Shown: positions 37,770 through 50,287, counted from the stretch's first letter. The stretch: DNA of 64,000 bases from Chlamydiae bacterium RIFCSPLOWO2_12_FULL_45_20 (GCA_001796285.1 MGMD01000001.1:74143-138142), one strand, 5' to 3'. The notes: generated by a model from the sequence alone, not told the origin. Translations and numbers: made by a program.

Positions 37770-39683
37770 TCAAAAACACTGCTGGAAATCGTCCAAGAGT
37801 TTTCCAAAATGTCGCATGGCTGCATGCACCGGATCGGACGTTTCCATGTCCACGCCAGCGGTTTTCAATAAGTCTATTGGAAACTGGCTCCCCCCAGAAG
37901 AGAGGAATTTTACATAGCGCGCTTTAGCCGCGTTATCTTGAACCACTTGGCCGTGCAGCGCTAAAGCTGCGCTGAGGCCTGTCGCATATTGATAGACATA
38001 AAAGTTCGTATAAAAATGAGGAATGCGCGCCCATTCCACTTCAAGTTCAGGATCTACAATAAGATCCGGTCCGTAATACTCTCGACACAGTTTGGCATAA
38101 TGCTGATTCAAGAGCGTTGGGGTCAGCGTTTCCCCTTTTTCCACGCATTCATGAATGTATAGCTCAAACTCCGCAAAAAGAGTCTGCCGAATAATCGTCG
38201 TTCGAATTCTCTCTATCTGGAAATTCAAAAGAAAAGCCTGCCTTGTTTTTGAATGATTTTCTGACTTGAGATGGTCCAAAAACAGCTGCTCATTGAAAGT
38301 CGATGCAACTTCTGCCACAAAAATGGGGTATTGGGCGTAAACATAAGGCTGGTGGGTGCGGCTGAGAAGGCTATGCATGCTGTGGCCCGCCTCATGGGCA
38401 AGCGTCAGCATATCGCTGAGGGTGCCATGATAGTTCATGAGAATGTAGGGCATACTGTCATAACAGCCTGAAGAATAAGCGCCCGATCTTTTTCTCGTGT
38501 TTTCATAGACATCCACCCAACGATCTTCCACAAGACCCTTTTTTAGGGCGCTCTGATATTCATCCCCGAGTAAAGAAACTGAGGCGATCACCGCGTCCCT
38601 TGCTTCAGAATACCCAAGATGCTCCTTAGATTCCTCCACTAAAGAAGCATAAAGATCATACGCATGAAGCTTATCTAGCCCAAGCAGCTTCTTTTTAAGA
38701 GCTACGTACTTGTGCACAAGCGGCAAATGCTCTCTCACAGCCTTGATCAAATTTTCATACACCGCTTTCGGTACATTCTTCGGGTATAATGCTGCCTCTA
38801 GACAACTGCTAAACTTTCTCGCCCGAGCCATGAAAAAATGCTGGTTTACCTCTCCTTGAAGAAGCTCGCAAAAAGTATTTACATGAGCCTGAAAACCACG
38901 ATGTAAATTCTGAAATGCGTTTTTTCGTAGCTCTCGATCAGAGCTCATCATATAAGATCCATACGTCGCATTGGACAATGGATGTGCCTTGCCTTTAGAA
39001 TCGACTACATCCACAAACGTCAAATCTGCATTATTTAAAGCGCTAAATGTCTGCGCCGGCACACCCAGAGCTTTAGAGCTGAGAGCCAAAAGCTCTTCTT
39101 GTTCAGGAGCTAAAGTATGCGCCCTCATACGCCCAATTTTTTCTAAATAAAAACGGTACTCGGCAAGGAGTGGATGGTCGAGTAAATGCCGAAATTCCCC
39201 TTCTTCTAAGGCGAGAAATTCAGGATTAACCCAAGCCATTTCTAAGCCAAACTCATGGATGAGAGTCGAAATCGAACCAAAACCACTTTTAAAAAAATCA
39301 TTCCCAAGATCTTCATCCAAGCGAAGATGCGCATAGACATGGAGCTTTTCTAGCTTTCTATCTAAACGAAAAAAAGACTCAAAAAAATTTTTAACAGAAG
39401 AAGGATCGCGCATTTTGCCCTTAAATGCTTGCAGCTCAGGCCACTTAGGAAATTTTTCCCCACCCATCACTGTGAGAAGCTCCAATTTCCAACTCTCCGG
39501 ATCTACAAAAAGAGCCTCCACGTTCCAGCGGCTATTTACTGGGATCTCTTCCCGCTTATAAGAAATCTTATCCCCTACGTTTATAGAGGCTTTGGATCCA
39601 TTCATCGCTTGTCCTTGTGTAAAAAATGAAAAGATTAGCAATCCAGATAATGCTTTGCTAAATTGTATTGCAAAAAAATCCAT
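37770..39683 (-). CDS. pepF: oligoendopeptidase F (M3B metallopeptidase) with N-terminal signal-like segment
   Basis: It has the HEAGHSMH zinc motif, and its length and surrounding conserved blocks are typical of PepF. The N-terminus is hydrophobic (LLIFSFFTQGQA). Confidence 0.9.
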   Translation of the reverse strand: MDFFAIQFSKALSGLLIFSFFTQGQAMNGSKASINVGDKISYKREEIPVNSRWNVEALFVDPESWKLELLTVMGGEKFPKWPELQAFKGKMRDPSSVKNFFESFFRLDRKLEKLHVYAHLRLDEDLGNDFFKSGFGSISTLIHEFGLEMAWVNPEFLALEEGEFRHLLDHPLLAEYRFYLEKIGRMRAHTLAPEQEELLALSSKALGVPAQTFSALNNADLTFVDVVDSKGKAHPLSNATYGSYMMSSDRELRKNAFQNLHRGFQAHVNTFCELLQGEVNQHFFMARARKFSSCLEAALYPKNVPKAVYENLIKAVREHLPLVHKYVALKKKLLGLDKLHAYDLYASLVEESKEHLGYSEARDAVIASVSLLGDEYQSALKKGLVEDRWVDVYENTRKRSGAYSSGCYDSMPYILMNYHGTLSDMLTLAHEAGHSMHSLLSRTHQPYVYAQYPIFVAEVASTFNEQLFLDHLKSENHSKTRQAFLLNFQIERIRTTIIRQTLFAEFELYIHECVEKGETLTPTLLNQHYAKLCREYYGPDLIVDPELEVEWARIPHFYTNFYVYQYATGLSAALALHGQVVQDNAAKARYVKFLSSGGSQFPIDLLKTAGVDMETSDPVHAAMRHFGKLLDDFQQCF

Positions 39684-39747
39684 GGTCGGCTATATTCCTT
39701 AAGTGAAAGATTCAAAAATCCGTTTACTAAAACAGGAGAAACAACAT

Positions 39748-40062
39748 ATGACCCAGAAAACGGCTAAAAAAACCACCTTAAAACCTTTAGGAAACCGCGT
39801 TCTTGCCAAAAGACAAGAACCTGAAGAAACAGTGAAAGGGGGTATCATTCTTCCAGATACAGCGAAAAAGAAGCAGGAAACTGCGGTAGTAGTTGCTGTA
39901 GGCCCTGGGAAAAAACTAGATGATGGGAAGCTCGTCCCTATCTCTCTTAAAGTCGGAGACATCGTTTTAATGAACAAATACTCAGACCAAGAGATCACGA
40001 TCGACGGTGAAGAGTTTATTATTGTGAAGTTCGACGACATCATCGCAATCATTGAAGAATAA
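39748..40062 (+). CDS. groES: co-chaperonin GroES
   Basis: [36 protein letters not shown]. The ATG at 39748 is preceded by AGGAGA. Confidence 0.95.
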   Translation: MTQKTAKKTTLKPLGNRVLAKRQEPEETVKGGIILPDTAKKKQETAVVVAVGPGKKLDDGKLVPISLKVGDIVLMNKYSDQEITIDGEEFIIVKFDDIIAIIEE

Positions 40063-42398
<2,336 letters not shown>

Positions 42399-42596
42399 GA
42401 CTTTGGCCTATCTTTTTGGGGTTAGTGAATGCAGAACGCACACAGCTCTCGTAAAAAAAGCAGATAAAGTCCTTTCGGCTAATCATGGAAACACTAGTAA
42501 AAAAAAATCTCCTCGTCAATATTAAGTTCTAATAGTCTCATTTACAATCGGTTGCAAAGGATTTCCTTTTAACTATCAAGTTCTTATAATGGGGCT

Positions 42597-43187
42597 ATGA
42601 GAAAGAGTACTACGAAGCTGTATAATTGGGCGATCTGTAAGGCCTCTTCGACCCGGGCTCCCTTTTGGATCGGTCTATTGTTTTTTTTAGAACTATGTCT
42701 TCTCATGCCTCTCGATGCGGTGTTTATGTTTTTCTGCCTGCAGAAGAGAAAAAATATTTTTCTTTACATTATGATTGCCACCGCCGCCTCCTGTGCAAGC
42801 GCCTTGATTGGATATCTTTTGGGGCATTTTTTCTGGGATCTTGTGGGCCATTGGGTAGTTCCCCACCTGGTCTCTACGAGCACCTTTGGGAAGCTCACGG
42901 GATATTTGACGCAATACGAAAGCTGGACAATCTTTATCGGAGGGCTGCTGCCATTTCCTCTGAAAGCGCTGAGCTTAGTGGCAGGCGTCTTTCAGTTGGG
43001 CATTCTCCCTTTTATAAGCTATTTTGCCGCGGCGAGACTGATTCGCTTTGCTCTTCTTGGAGCTACAATGGCGATTTATGGGGAAAAGGTAAAGCTTTTT
43101 GTGGATCGTCATTTTCACAAGTTGTTTATGGTGCTGGGCGCTAAAGTGGCCGCAGCCTTTCTCTTTTTGTGGGTCCTGGCCCACTAG
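42597..43187 (+). CDS. YqaA/DedA-type (SNARE-associated-like) membrane protein
   Basis: 196-aa polytopic protein. The N-terminus ..APFWIGLLFFLE..LMPLD.. and the overall layout resemble the YqaA family. Confidence 0.65.
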   Translation: MRKSTTKLYNWAICKASSTRAPFWIGLLFFLELCLLMPLDAVFMFFCLQKRKNIFLYIMIATAASCASALIGYLLGHFFWDLVGHWVVPHLVSTSTFGKLTGYLTQYESWTIFIGGLLPFPLKALSLVAGVFQLGILPFISYFAAARLIRFALLGATMAIYGEKVKLFVDRHFHKLFMVLGAKVAAAFLFLWVLAH

Positions 43188-43204
43188 CCCACCCATGGCG
43201 GGGA

Positions 43205-44032
43205 CTAGAAGAACCTTCGATATTCTCTCGTAGGGAACCTGTTTTCTTTATTCCCATTCCATTCTGCATCGCTAAGCTGACTGATCCGTAAAAAAGGTTT
43301 CCCCTCACGAGAAGAAGTATGGATGAATGAATCTTTTTCTAAATACATGCCTACATGTTTGATGACCCCATCTGATGTGCCCCAAAAAATCAAATCCCCG
43401 AGCCCTAGCTCTTCTAGTACAGCCTTTCGTCCCCTTTTATCAGCACACTGCATGTGGGAGTCTCGCGGCAAGTGCATACCGGCCCACTGATAAAGCATTT
43501 GCACAAAACCGGAACAGTCATAGCCGAAACTCGATCTGCCTCCCCACACATAAGGAATACCTAAAAACTGTTTACTGAAAGTCAGAAGACCCTTGGGTTC
43601 TTTAGCAAGATCCCCTCTTTGAACAAAAACCTGCTTCCCATCGGGCAAGAGAACTTTGAACCATCTTTCGTCTATGGTTTCCACAACCTGCAGCCTAGCG
43701 CCATAAGGCAAAAGGATCAAAGGAGACTCTTCGGCATCAGGTTTGTCATAGAGCCTTGCATGAATGTTCGTCACCTTGTCCTTGCTGATGTAAGGAACCT
43801 CCCGATTGAGCAAGCTAGAGGCAGGGATCCAGCCGGCATATCCATCTGTCGTGATGATTTCAACCCAATCCTTGAGATGTTTTTTGATCAACACATGTTC
43901 AGAAAAATAGGTCTGAGAGACGATCTCCCCACTTTCTTGTGGGGTTTTTTTCATATCAACCACAGGGAGGTGAATGGTGTGATAGATCATGCCTTCAAAA
44001 GGATAGGATAATCTCCAAAAAATTTCAAGCAA
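43205..44032 (-). CDS. NlpC/P60 (C40) peptidase with SH3-like N-terminal domains
   Basis: IPYVWGGRSSFGYDCSGFVQMLY carries the catalytic Cys, and GVIKHVGMYL carries the His. Confidence 0.85.
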   Translation of the reverse strand: MLEIFWRLSYPFEGMIYHTIHLPVVDMKKTPQESGEIVSQTYFSEHVLIKKHLKDWVEIITTDGYAGWIPASSLLNREVPYISKDKVTNIHARLYDKPDAEESPLILLPYGARLQVVETIDERWFKVLLPDGKQVFVQRGDLAKEPKGLLTFSKQFLGIPYVWGGRSSFGYDCSGFVQMLYQWAGMHLPRDSHMQCADKRGRKAVLEELGLGDLIFWGTSDGVIKHVGMYLEKDSFIHTSSREGKPFLRISQLSDAEWNGNKENRFPTREYRRFF

Positions 44033-44696
44033 ACGACGTTGACGACTTACGCAAACAAAATGTCCTTGGCGTCATGGGGTAAGGCTTAATCCCTAGGGGG
44101 GCCCAATAGCTTTCTTCTTCCCCTTCATAATTGACTAAGAGCTGCTCGCCGGGACGAATTTTCTTCTGGGCTTTGTATAGAATCTGATACCCAGCATCAG
44201 GCAAATCCACCAAAAAAGCTACGATATTGGGAACATGAGAATGATTGATAAAACGAGTAAAATTCCCAATCTTTGTCGCATCTACTTTGATGTCATAAAG
44301 TCGCCTAGGAGAAAACGGTCTACGAGGGTCGAACTTTTTTTGCTCTTTTTGCGTCAATGTTAGCCCTGTGACAACATCAAAAGAATAGTCTCCATCATCA
44401 GCATCCATCTGCGCTTCCAAAATGACCTGTCCGGTGTAAAGCGCGATGATCTCTCCCTTGAGAATGGGATCGGCCTCTACTTGAAGAAAAATTCCATATC
44501 CGATGTTACCTTTAAGTTTTTTTTTCACATATTTTTGTGGGATACCGTAGGATTGAATTTCTCCATACACTTCCTCCAGCTCTTTCAAACCTTTTCTACG
44601 GAGACGATGGAGATGAAGATCCCTTTTTTGAAATTGCCTATCTATAATTTCAGAAAAATCTTTACTAAAACGAGATGTTTTTAAGTTAAAGCTCAT
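44025..44696 (-). CDS. SET-domain protein (putative protein lysine methyltransferase)
   Basis: GYGIFL.., ..FINHSHVPN.. and GEQLLVNYEG are the SET core motifs (NHS and a Y near the C-terminus). Confidence 0.85.
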   Translation of the reverse strand: MSFNLKTSRFSKDFSEIIDRQFQKRDLHLHRLRRKGLKELEEVYGEIQSYGIPQKYVKKKLKGNIGYGIFLQVEADPILKGEIIALYTGQVILEAQMDADDGDYSFDVVTGLTLTQKEQKKFDPRRPFSPRRLYDIKVDATKIGNFTRFINHSHVPNIVAFLVDLPDAGYQILYKAQKKIRPGEQLLVNYEGEEESYWAPLGIKPYPMTPRTFCLRKSSTSFA

Positions 44697-44831
44697 GAAA
44701 ATGATAATAACAAAAAAATAACAAAACTGGCTATAGAATTACAACTAACCACTTCTCTAAGGCAGGGCTTTTTGATGAAAAAATTTGACAGTTTTTTTAA
44801 GTTTTTTTTTGACTGAAAATTGAATTTTTAT

Positions 44832-44893
44832 CCGTTCACGGCCGAGATGTAAGCCGCTCGGGCGCAGCTAATCTACAGGAGGGTATTGGTTCT
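44832..44893 (-). repeat. 62-nt element, exact inverted copy of 55332-55393 (group II intron 5'-region-like)
   Basis: The reverse complement equals AGAACCAATACCCTCCTGTAGATTAGCTGCGCCCGAGCGGCTTACATCTCGGCCGTGAACGG, the same 62 nt as at 55332. I checked this base by base. Confidence 0.6.
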
Positions 44894-44967
44894 CAATATA
44901 TTGGCGTATCACTGATATCGGAGCTCCTCCGCATGAACTGGCAAAATAGCTCGGTGACTACAACTGA

Positions 44968-45403
44968 CTGCCCCACAAGGCTCTCTCAATCGAGGAGTGC
45001 TTTTTCTTCCGAATTATGCCAATCACCGGAGGGTGGGCAAATTACTTTGGCTTGGCGGAAGCTAGCAACATATTTGAGAATTTAGACGGGTGGATCAGGC
45101 GCAAAATACGGAGTGTCCTCTGGCGACAGTGGAAGAAACCTCGTACTCGATACCAACGACTGATAGCACTTGGACTCAAAGAAGGTACTGCCAGGAAGAC
45201 GGCATATGGGGGTAAAGGGCCATGGAGAATGGCCAAAACCTACGGTATGCATAGGGCATTATCGAATGGAGTCATCGAAGTGATGGGATATACTTCTATG
45301 GCAGATATAGTACGGGCTAGGTCAGAGTGTACATGAACCGCCGTATACGGTTCCGTACGTACGGTGGTGTGCGAGGACGGGAGTCAAAGCAACTCCCTCC
45401 TAC
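44968..45403 (+). mobile_element. group II intron 3' remnant: C-terminal maturase (X/GIIM) fragment plus domain V and VI
   Basis: ..ITGGWANYFGLA...LDGWIRRKIRSVLWRQWKKPRTRY matches the intron maturase domain. A DV-like hairpin CCGCCGTATACGGTTCCGTACGTACGGTGG follows at about 45338-45367, then a DVI-like stem ending ..CTCCTAC. The RT domain is missing. Confidence 0.75.
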
Positions 45404-45806
45404 GCTATTCAACTTTTGACTGGGGCAAATGAATCGCAAATTTGCCCTATGGCCTCTTAAAAACCGGATCTGTCTAAAAAGACTGAAGAATCTGCTCTAT
45501 CCCTATTCGCTTTAAATGGTAGCCAAATGCGTCCCTTTCCGGAAGGAGGACGTCTTTGCAAATTCTTAATGTAAGTGTTTCTTTTGAGCCTTGTTGAATA
45601 AATCAACTTAAAGAACTGGCCATCAATGTATTACAGCAACTAGTATATTTCGTAACTATATGAAAACAAAACACTTAAGTCGACCTTCCTTTTGTTTAAC
45701 TGTATAGTTTATTTAATAAATTAAACATATATAATTTTATTTTAATAATGTTATTAATGTATAATTATTATTAAATAATTATTATCAAAACAAGAAGGAT
45801 GGTAAA

Positions 45807-46331
45807 ATGAGCGTATCATTTAGGGACTTTCAACCAATCAATACGTGGAAGCTAGATTCTGATGGCTCAAAATGGGACGATGGAGAGGCAGAACATTTAA
45901 TTGACACGACGACGGGTCGAAGATATTGGAATGAATCTAAAGGTTGCGTTGGATTTAAATGTTTTCTGCTGACTTTAGGAACCCCTATTTTTCATTCAAT
46001 TGCATCCTTAGTAAATGTGGCTTATAGAATTGTAAAATTAGTTTCGTTTTCTCACTTCTGGATGGATAAAGAGGGAGAAAAATCTTATTCCTTCAAAGGA
46101 CGATTAAAAGATGCTGGACAGGATTTGTTAGGGGTTTTAACCACTCCTATTGCTTTTATAGGTCTCGAATTAGCGGCAATATATGGAATATTTACTCCTT
46201 ATAATGGTAGAAAGCTCTATGCTAGCATTGAGCGGGCTCAGGATGGGAACTTTATCTTGGCTCCTTGCTTCCAACCGGATCCTAAATATCATGCATTAGG
46301 TGGAGATCCTAAGAAAAAAAACGCTTTTTAA
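45807..46331 (+). CDS. hypothetical protein with two hydrophobic segments (174 aa)
   Basis: The ORF is preceded by a nearly pure A/T tract at about 45700-45800. Its two TM-like segments are FLLTLGTPIFHSIASLV and VLTTPIAFIGLELAAIYGIF. Confidence 0.5.
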   Translation: MSVSFRDFQPINTWKLDSDGSKWDDGEAEHLIDTTTGRRYWNESKGCVGFKCFLLTLGTPIFHSIASLVNVAYRIVKLVSFSHFWMDKEGEKSYSFKGRLKDAGQDLLGVLTTPIAFIGLELAAIYGIFTPYNGRKLYASIERAQDGNFILAPCFQPDPKYHALGGDPKKKNAF

Positions 46332-46377
46332 ATATTCCCATAGAGATATGCACGACAACCCTTGTGCATATCTTTTT

Positions 46378-46595
46378 TTAAGTCTCTTGCATTGGGTATT
46401 AGACGTAATTTTCAAGGAAGATACTGCACAAGCAAAGACTGGATTCATTGCTGAAAATATGGCGTTTTTTAGACGATTGTCGATGAATGTCATAAAAGTC
46501 GCAGTCCGGATCGTGGGTTCGCCGATGCTCGACGATTTTGCACGTATGAACCAAAATATTTGAGAGGAATTTTAGGCAAGATATTTATGGGCTAA
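46378..46595 (+). pseudogene. ISAs1-family transposase, C-terminal remnant with frameshift
   Basis: LHWVLDVIFKEDTAQAKTGFIAENMAFFRRLSMNVIK resembles the ISAs1 C-terminus (HW..ENKLHW.LDV.F.ED). The tail YLRGILGKIFMG* is in a different frame. About 300 aa of the N-terminal part are absent. Confidence 0.7.
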
Positions 46596-46760
46596 CATGT
46601 CAAATCTTTTTCATCAGGAGACCCTGTCTCTAAGGGACTGTAAACGAATTTATTTCGGTCGAGTGTTTGGATGATTTTGGCCGCTTTTCGCATCCAAAAT
46701 TGGGGGGCTATATACTACCGAACGTGATGCAAAAATTGGTTACTGGGCTGCTATCCAGTC

Positions 46761-47549
46761 CTAGAGCCGCAAAAGAGCGTAGGCCAAAAAGGGGTCTCGA
46801 AATGGCACCTGTCGCCATTCACCTCGAAAGTGATATGTATAGTACCCTTCGGCAAAGGCTTTTTGGATTTCTTCGATTGAAAGTTCCAAAATGTCTTCAA
46901 TGGCCTCCGTTTCTTCTGGCTGTCGGGCATCAATACCTGCAACTTTTGCCACAAACACGGGTACTACCACACTTAACACACCTGTATCGGGAGGCATTTC
47001 CCCAAGCAATCGTACTTCCACGATAGACCTCCCCGTTTCTTCGGAAGCTTCCCGCGTTGCTGCATCCTCAGCAGTTTCCCCTGCATTTACTAGGCCACGT
47101 GGTAGTTCAATCTCCCAAGAACGGGTGGAATGACGAAAATTACAATTGAGTACAATCTTCCCCTCAGAAGTGATGGGCATGACAGCCACTCCCGGAGTTG
47201 GTGATTCTAATCCTCGAACCCAAAGAATTCGCCCATAAACGCCCTCATTACCGCTAGGAAACTTGCAAACATCATTGATCCAAATCCAATACTGATCTTC
47301 CTTCACTACCCCAACATCGCGTCCTAACTTTCTCTCAACCGAAGCTATTTGCTCTTCATCAAGAATAATTTCGATCTCACCTTGGGTTGCATCACCTCGT
47401 GGTAAAACAAGATGGGGATATTGCTTTATAAGTTCTAAATAACGGTGGCGCGATCTTTCATCTGCCTGTAAAACACCAAAGAAAAAGAACAAACACGGAA
47501 AAATCTTCTGTTTCAAGAAAAATGTCCTATTTATGAACCTACAATTCAT
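46761..47549 (-). CDS. Nudix hydrolase with N-terminal signal-like sequence
   Basis: The Nudix box is GLVNAGETAEDAATREASEETG (G-x5-E-x7-REUxEExGU). The N-terminus is hydrophobic (IFPCLFFFFGVLQA). Confidence 0.85.
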   Translation of the reverse strand: MNCRFINRTFFLKQKIFPCLFFFFGVLQADERSRHRYLELIKQYPHLVLPRGDATQGEIEIILDEEQIASVERKLGRDVGVVKEDQYWIWINDVCKFPSGNEGVYGRILWVRGLESPTPGVAVMPITSEGKIVLNCNFRHSTRSWEIELPRGLVNAGETAEDAATREASEETGRSIVEVRLLGEMPPDTGVLSVVVPVFVAKVAGIDARQPEETEAIEDILELSIEEIQKAFAEGYYTYHFRGEWRQVPFRDPFLAYALLRL

Positions 47550-47676
47550 CTCGATTTTGTACGAAGTCGAGCAGTGTAATAGAATGCAAAAATTAAAAAC
47601 AAGAGGTTTCCTCTTCTTTATTAAATGGAGATTCTTGTATCATCCGATCCATAATTTTTGAGATGTCTTATTTTCT

Positions 47677-48687
47677 ATGTTTAGACAAACATTAAAAGCA
47701 TGTTGTTATTTTCTCGTTTTTATATCTTTGGAAGCAGCTCATCTTTCCATAATTAAAGAAGAGTTCATTTTTATTGATCCGCCTTTTGCTTCCTGTCATG
47801 CTTCAACTCTCACCCAAACTCATTCAGGAACAATCCTTTGCGCTTGGTTTGCAGGTTCCGAAGAAGGAGCGAATGATGTAGCGATTTGGTTTTCTACTTG
47901 TGAAGAATCAAAATGGGATTTGCCAAAAAAAATTGCCGAAACAGAAGGAGTTCCTTGTTGGAATCCAGCTCTATTTACTATGCCTTCGAAAGAGATCCTT
48001 TTATTTTATAAGACGGGAAGAAACCCTCAACAATGGTCTGGATTATTAAAACGATCCTGGGATGAAGGTGTCCATTGGTCTGAAGAGGAGTGCCTGCCCG
48101 CAGGAATCATTGGTCCTGCCAAAAACAAACCCCTTTTGTTGCCCAACGGAACTTTACTTTGTGGTTCATCTATTGAAAGTTGGAGACGCTGGGGGTGTTG
48201 GATTGATATCACTGCTGATGTAGGTCACACTTGGCATAAAAGCTCACCAATTAATGTTGATGCTCAATTGTTTGGTATCATTCAACCAACTCTTTTCTTT
48301 GGGAAAAATGACTCACTTAAATTGCTTGCAAGATCGCATCAAATCGGATCTATTTGTACTGCAGAATCCTATGATCAAGGAGAAACTTGGAGTAAAGCTC
48401 AACCCATTTCTCTTCCAAATCCAAACTCTGCTATCGATGCTGTCAACATAATGGATGGTCGAATTGTCTTAGTTTATAATCATTCCAAAGAAGAACGTTA
48501 TCCGTTAAATATTGCTGTTTCAAAGGATGGAGGAGGAACGTGGAACACAGAGGTTGTTTTAGAGGAAGAACCTGGCGAATATTCATACCCGAGCGTAATT
48601 CAATCTTTAGATAAAGAAATTCATATCACTTATACGTGGAACAGAAAATATATTAAGCATGTCATTCTAGATCCAAAATTGCTCTGA
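47677..48687 (+). CDS. BNR/Asp-box beta-propeller protein (sialidase-like family) with signal peptide
   Basis: There are four Asp-box-like motifs: SWDEGVHW, TADVGHTW, SYDQGETW and SKDGGGTW. The N-terminus is ACCYFLVFISLEAA. I did not see the sialidase RIP motif. Confidence 0.8.
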   Translation: MFRQTLKACCYFLVFISLEAAHLSIIKEEFIFIDPPFASCHASTLTQTHSGTILCAWFAGSEEGANDVAIWFSTCEESKWDLPKKIAETEGVPCWNPALFTMPSKEILLFYKTGRNPQQWSGLLKRSWDEGVHWSEEECLPAGIIGPAKNKPLLLPNGTLLCGSSIESWRRWGCWIDITADVGHTWHKSSPINVDAQLFGIIQPTLFFGKNDSLKLLARSHQIGSICTAESYDQGETWSKAQPISLPNPNSAIDAVNIMDGRIVLVYNHSKEERYPLNIAVSKDGGGTWNTEVVLEEEPGEYSYPSVIQSLDKEIHITYTWNRKYIKHVILDPKLL

Positions 48688-48822
48688 TTTACGAAACTAG
48701 CAGATCAATAATCAATATGGAAGCTATTCCCTGCAGATCGTTGTAGAAATAAACCTCTTGCATAATTCAGAGGGAAAGCTCGAAAATGTCTTATCGGGAA
48801 TTTCAATGTGTGAGGGGTACTA

Positions 48823-50247
48823 TTGCGGGTGCAACGTTCTTTTGATTTATTCGATACTTTGGCGGGCCGTTTGCATTGCCACCCCCAGTGTATTTTTGAT
48901 TTTGTAGAAAAAGAGTTTCCTTTCTCAGGATTTCGTTTTTATAGGAGTATTGCTGAGTTACAGTCGAATGGGACTTTGTTAGATATTTATAAGCGATTGC
49001 AGATCTCTTTTGGGCTGAGTTCTGAGCTGGCATCCGATTTAATGCAGTTTGAGTTCGAAATAGAGCTTCGTCAGGTGTTTCCCATTCTCGAAAATCTCAA
49101 TGCTGTTCAGGATGGGGATTTGGTGGTTAGCGATACTTATTACGATGTGGCTCAAATTAAGCAAATTTTGAGGAAAATCAGCCTTAATAAGAATGTTGAG
49201 ATTTATGCCACCCCTTGCGGAAAGGGGGCAGGGTTTATCTGGGATAAGTTAAAGAGCTCATCCATTTCGTTTCATGTGGGCGACAATGTTCATACTGATG
49301 TGAATATGCCGCGTTCTCGTGGGATTGAAGCATTTCATTATGTGTACAGCGGTCTTTCGATTCCTGAACAAATCATGGTAGATTTAGACCAAAATGATTT
49401 GGCGTATCTCATGCGAGCCATTCGTCTCCAAAATCCTTTTTCTCAAAATTCTCTTGAATTTTTAACTTGGGAAGAACAGTGCCAATTGAATATTCCTCTA
49501 TTGATTTCTTCTTGTGTCTTCCTCGATGCTTTCTGCAAAAAACACAAGAAGCGCCGTGTTCTTTTTACGGCAAGAGATGGTTGTCTTTGGATTCAGCTTT
49601 TTAGAGTGTTATATCCTGAATATGATTCGATTTATTTTCATGCGTCCCGTTTTACTTATTCCAATCCTTCGCCTTCATTTGTTGATTATGTACAAAAGCT
49701 ATATACAGACGATTCTATGATCGTCGATGTTCAGGGGAAGGGGTTTACTTGCGAGAGGTTCTTTCTGGAGTATTTAAAATGCAAGCCATGTTATCTGGCT
49801 ATTGTGAATACGGGGAAAAAGCATCATGCGATCTTTCGTTCTACTAAAAAGGTAGAAAAAGAGCATTCTCATACTTTCAAAAAATCGATGGAACGGAGAT
49901 TTAAGACAGTTGCTATGGGCTCAGATCTTGAGAAGATCAATGCCGATTTGGTAGGTGCTCTCTACGACGTTCAAGATGGTAAGCCTTTGCGTGCAGATCC
50001 TGAGTACGATCCTAAATGGATTCAACCTTGCCATTTAAGCATTGAAAAGTGTGTGGAACTTTTGCCTTATTTCGAGATCAAGATTTTCGATAAAAGAGTT
50101 GTTCATTGGGCGATTCATGCGATTACTTCTGAGCGAGTTTTGAAACATGTTAGAAATATTTCTGAACATATTCATCTTCCAAGCAAAGATCCGAGAATAC
50201 ATTTGCATATTTTATCGAATGGTTCGTTATATAGTACTTCCATCTGA
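48823..50247 (+). CDS. HAD-like hydrolase domain protein with ~300-aa unassigned C-terminal region
   Basis: The N-terminus has SFDLFDTL (HAD motif I-like), VVSDT (motif II) and HVGDNVHTD (motif IV). The start codon is TTG. The remainder is unrecognised. Confidence 0.6.
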   Translation: MRVQRSFDLFDTLAGRLHCHPQCIFDFVEKEFPFSGFRFYRSIAELQSNGTLLDIYKRLQISFGLSSELASDLMQFEFEIELRQVFPILENLNAVQDGDLVVSDTYYDVAQIKQILRKISLNKNVEIYATPCGKGAGFIWDKLKSSSISFHVGDNVHTDVNMPRSRGIEAFHYVYSGLSIPEQIMVDLDQNDLAYLMRAIRLQNPFSQNSLEFLTWEEQCQLNIPLLISSCVFLDAFCKKHKKRRVLFTARDGCLWIQLFRVLYPEYDSIYFHASRFTYSNPSPSFVDYVQKLYTDDSMIVDVQGKGFTCERFFLEYLKCKPCYLAIVNTGKKHHAIFRSTKKVEKEHSHTFKKSMERRFKTVAMGSDLEKINADLVGALYDVQDGKPLRADPEYDPKWIQPCHLSIEKCVELLPYFEIKIFDKRVVHWAIHAITSERVLKHVRNISEHIHLPSKDPRIHLHILSNGSLYSTSI

Positions 50248-50287
50248 AGATGAAAAACCTGGAGAAAGTTCGAGAATACAATTTGGT

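Noticed and set aside
42665-43144. 159-aa alternative-frame ORF within the YqaA-like gene.
   Set aside because: It is on the same strand in an overlapping frame and has an Arg/Ser/Gly-rich, non-membrane composition. The hydrophobic frame at 42597-43187 is the coherent membrane protein.
46667-47026. 119-aa plus-strand ORF and neighbouring small ORFs opposite the Nudix gene.
   Set aside because: It is antisense to an ORF with an intact Nudix box and has no motifs of its own.
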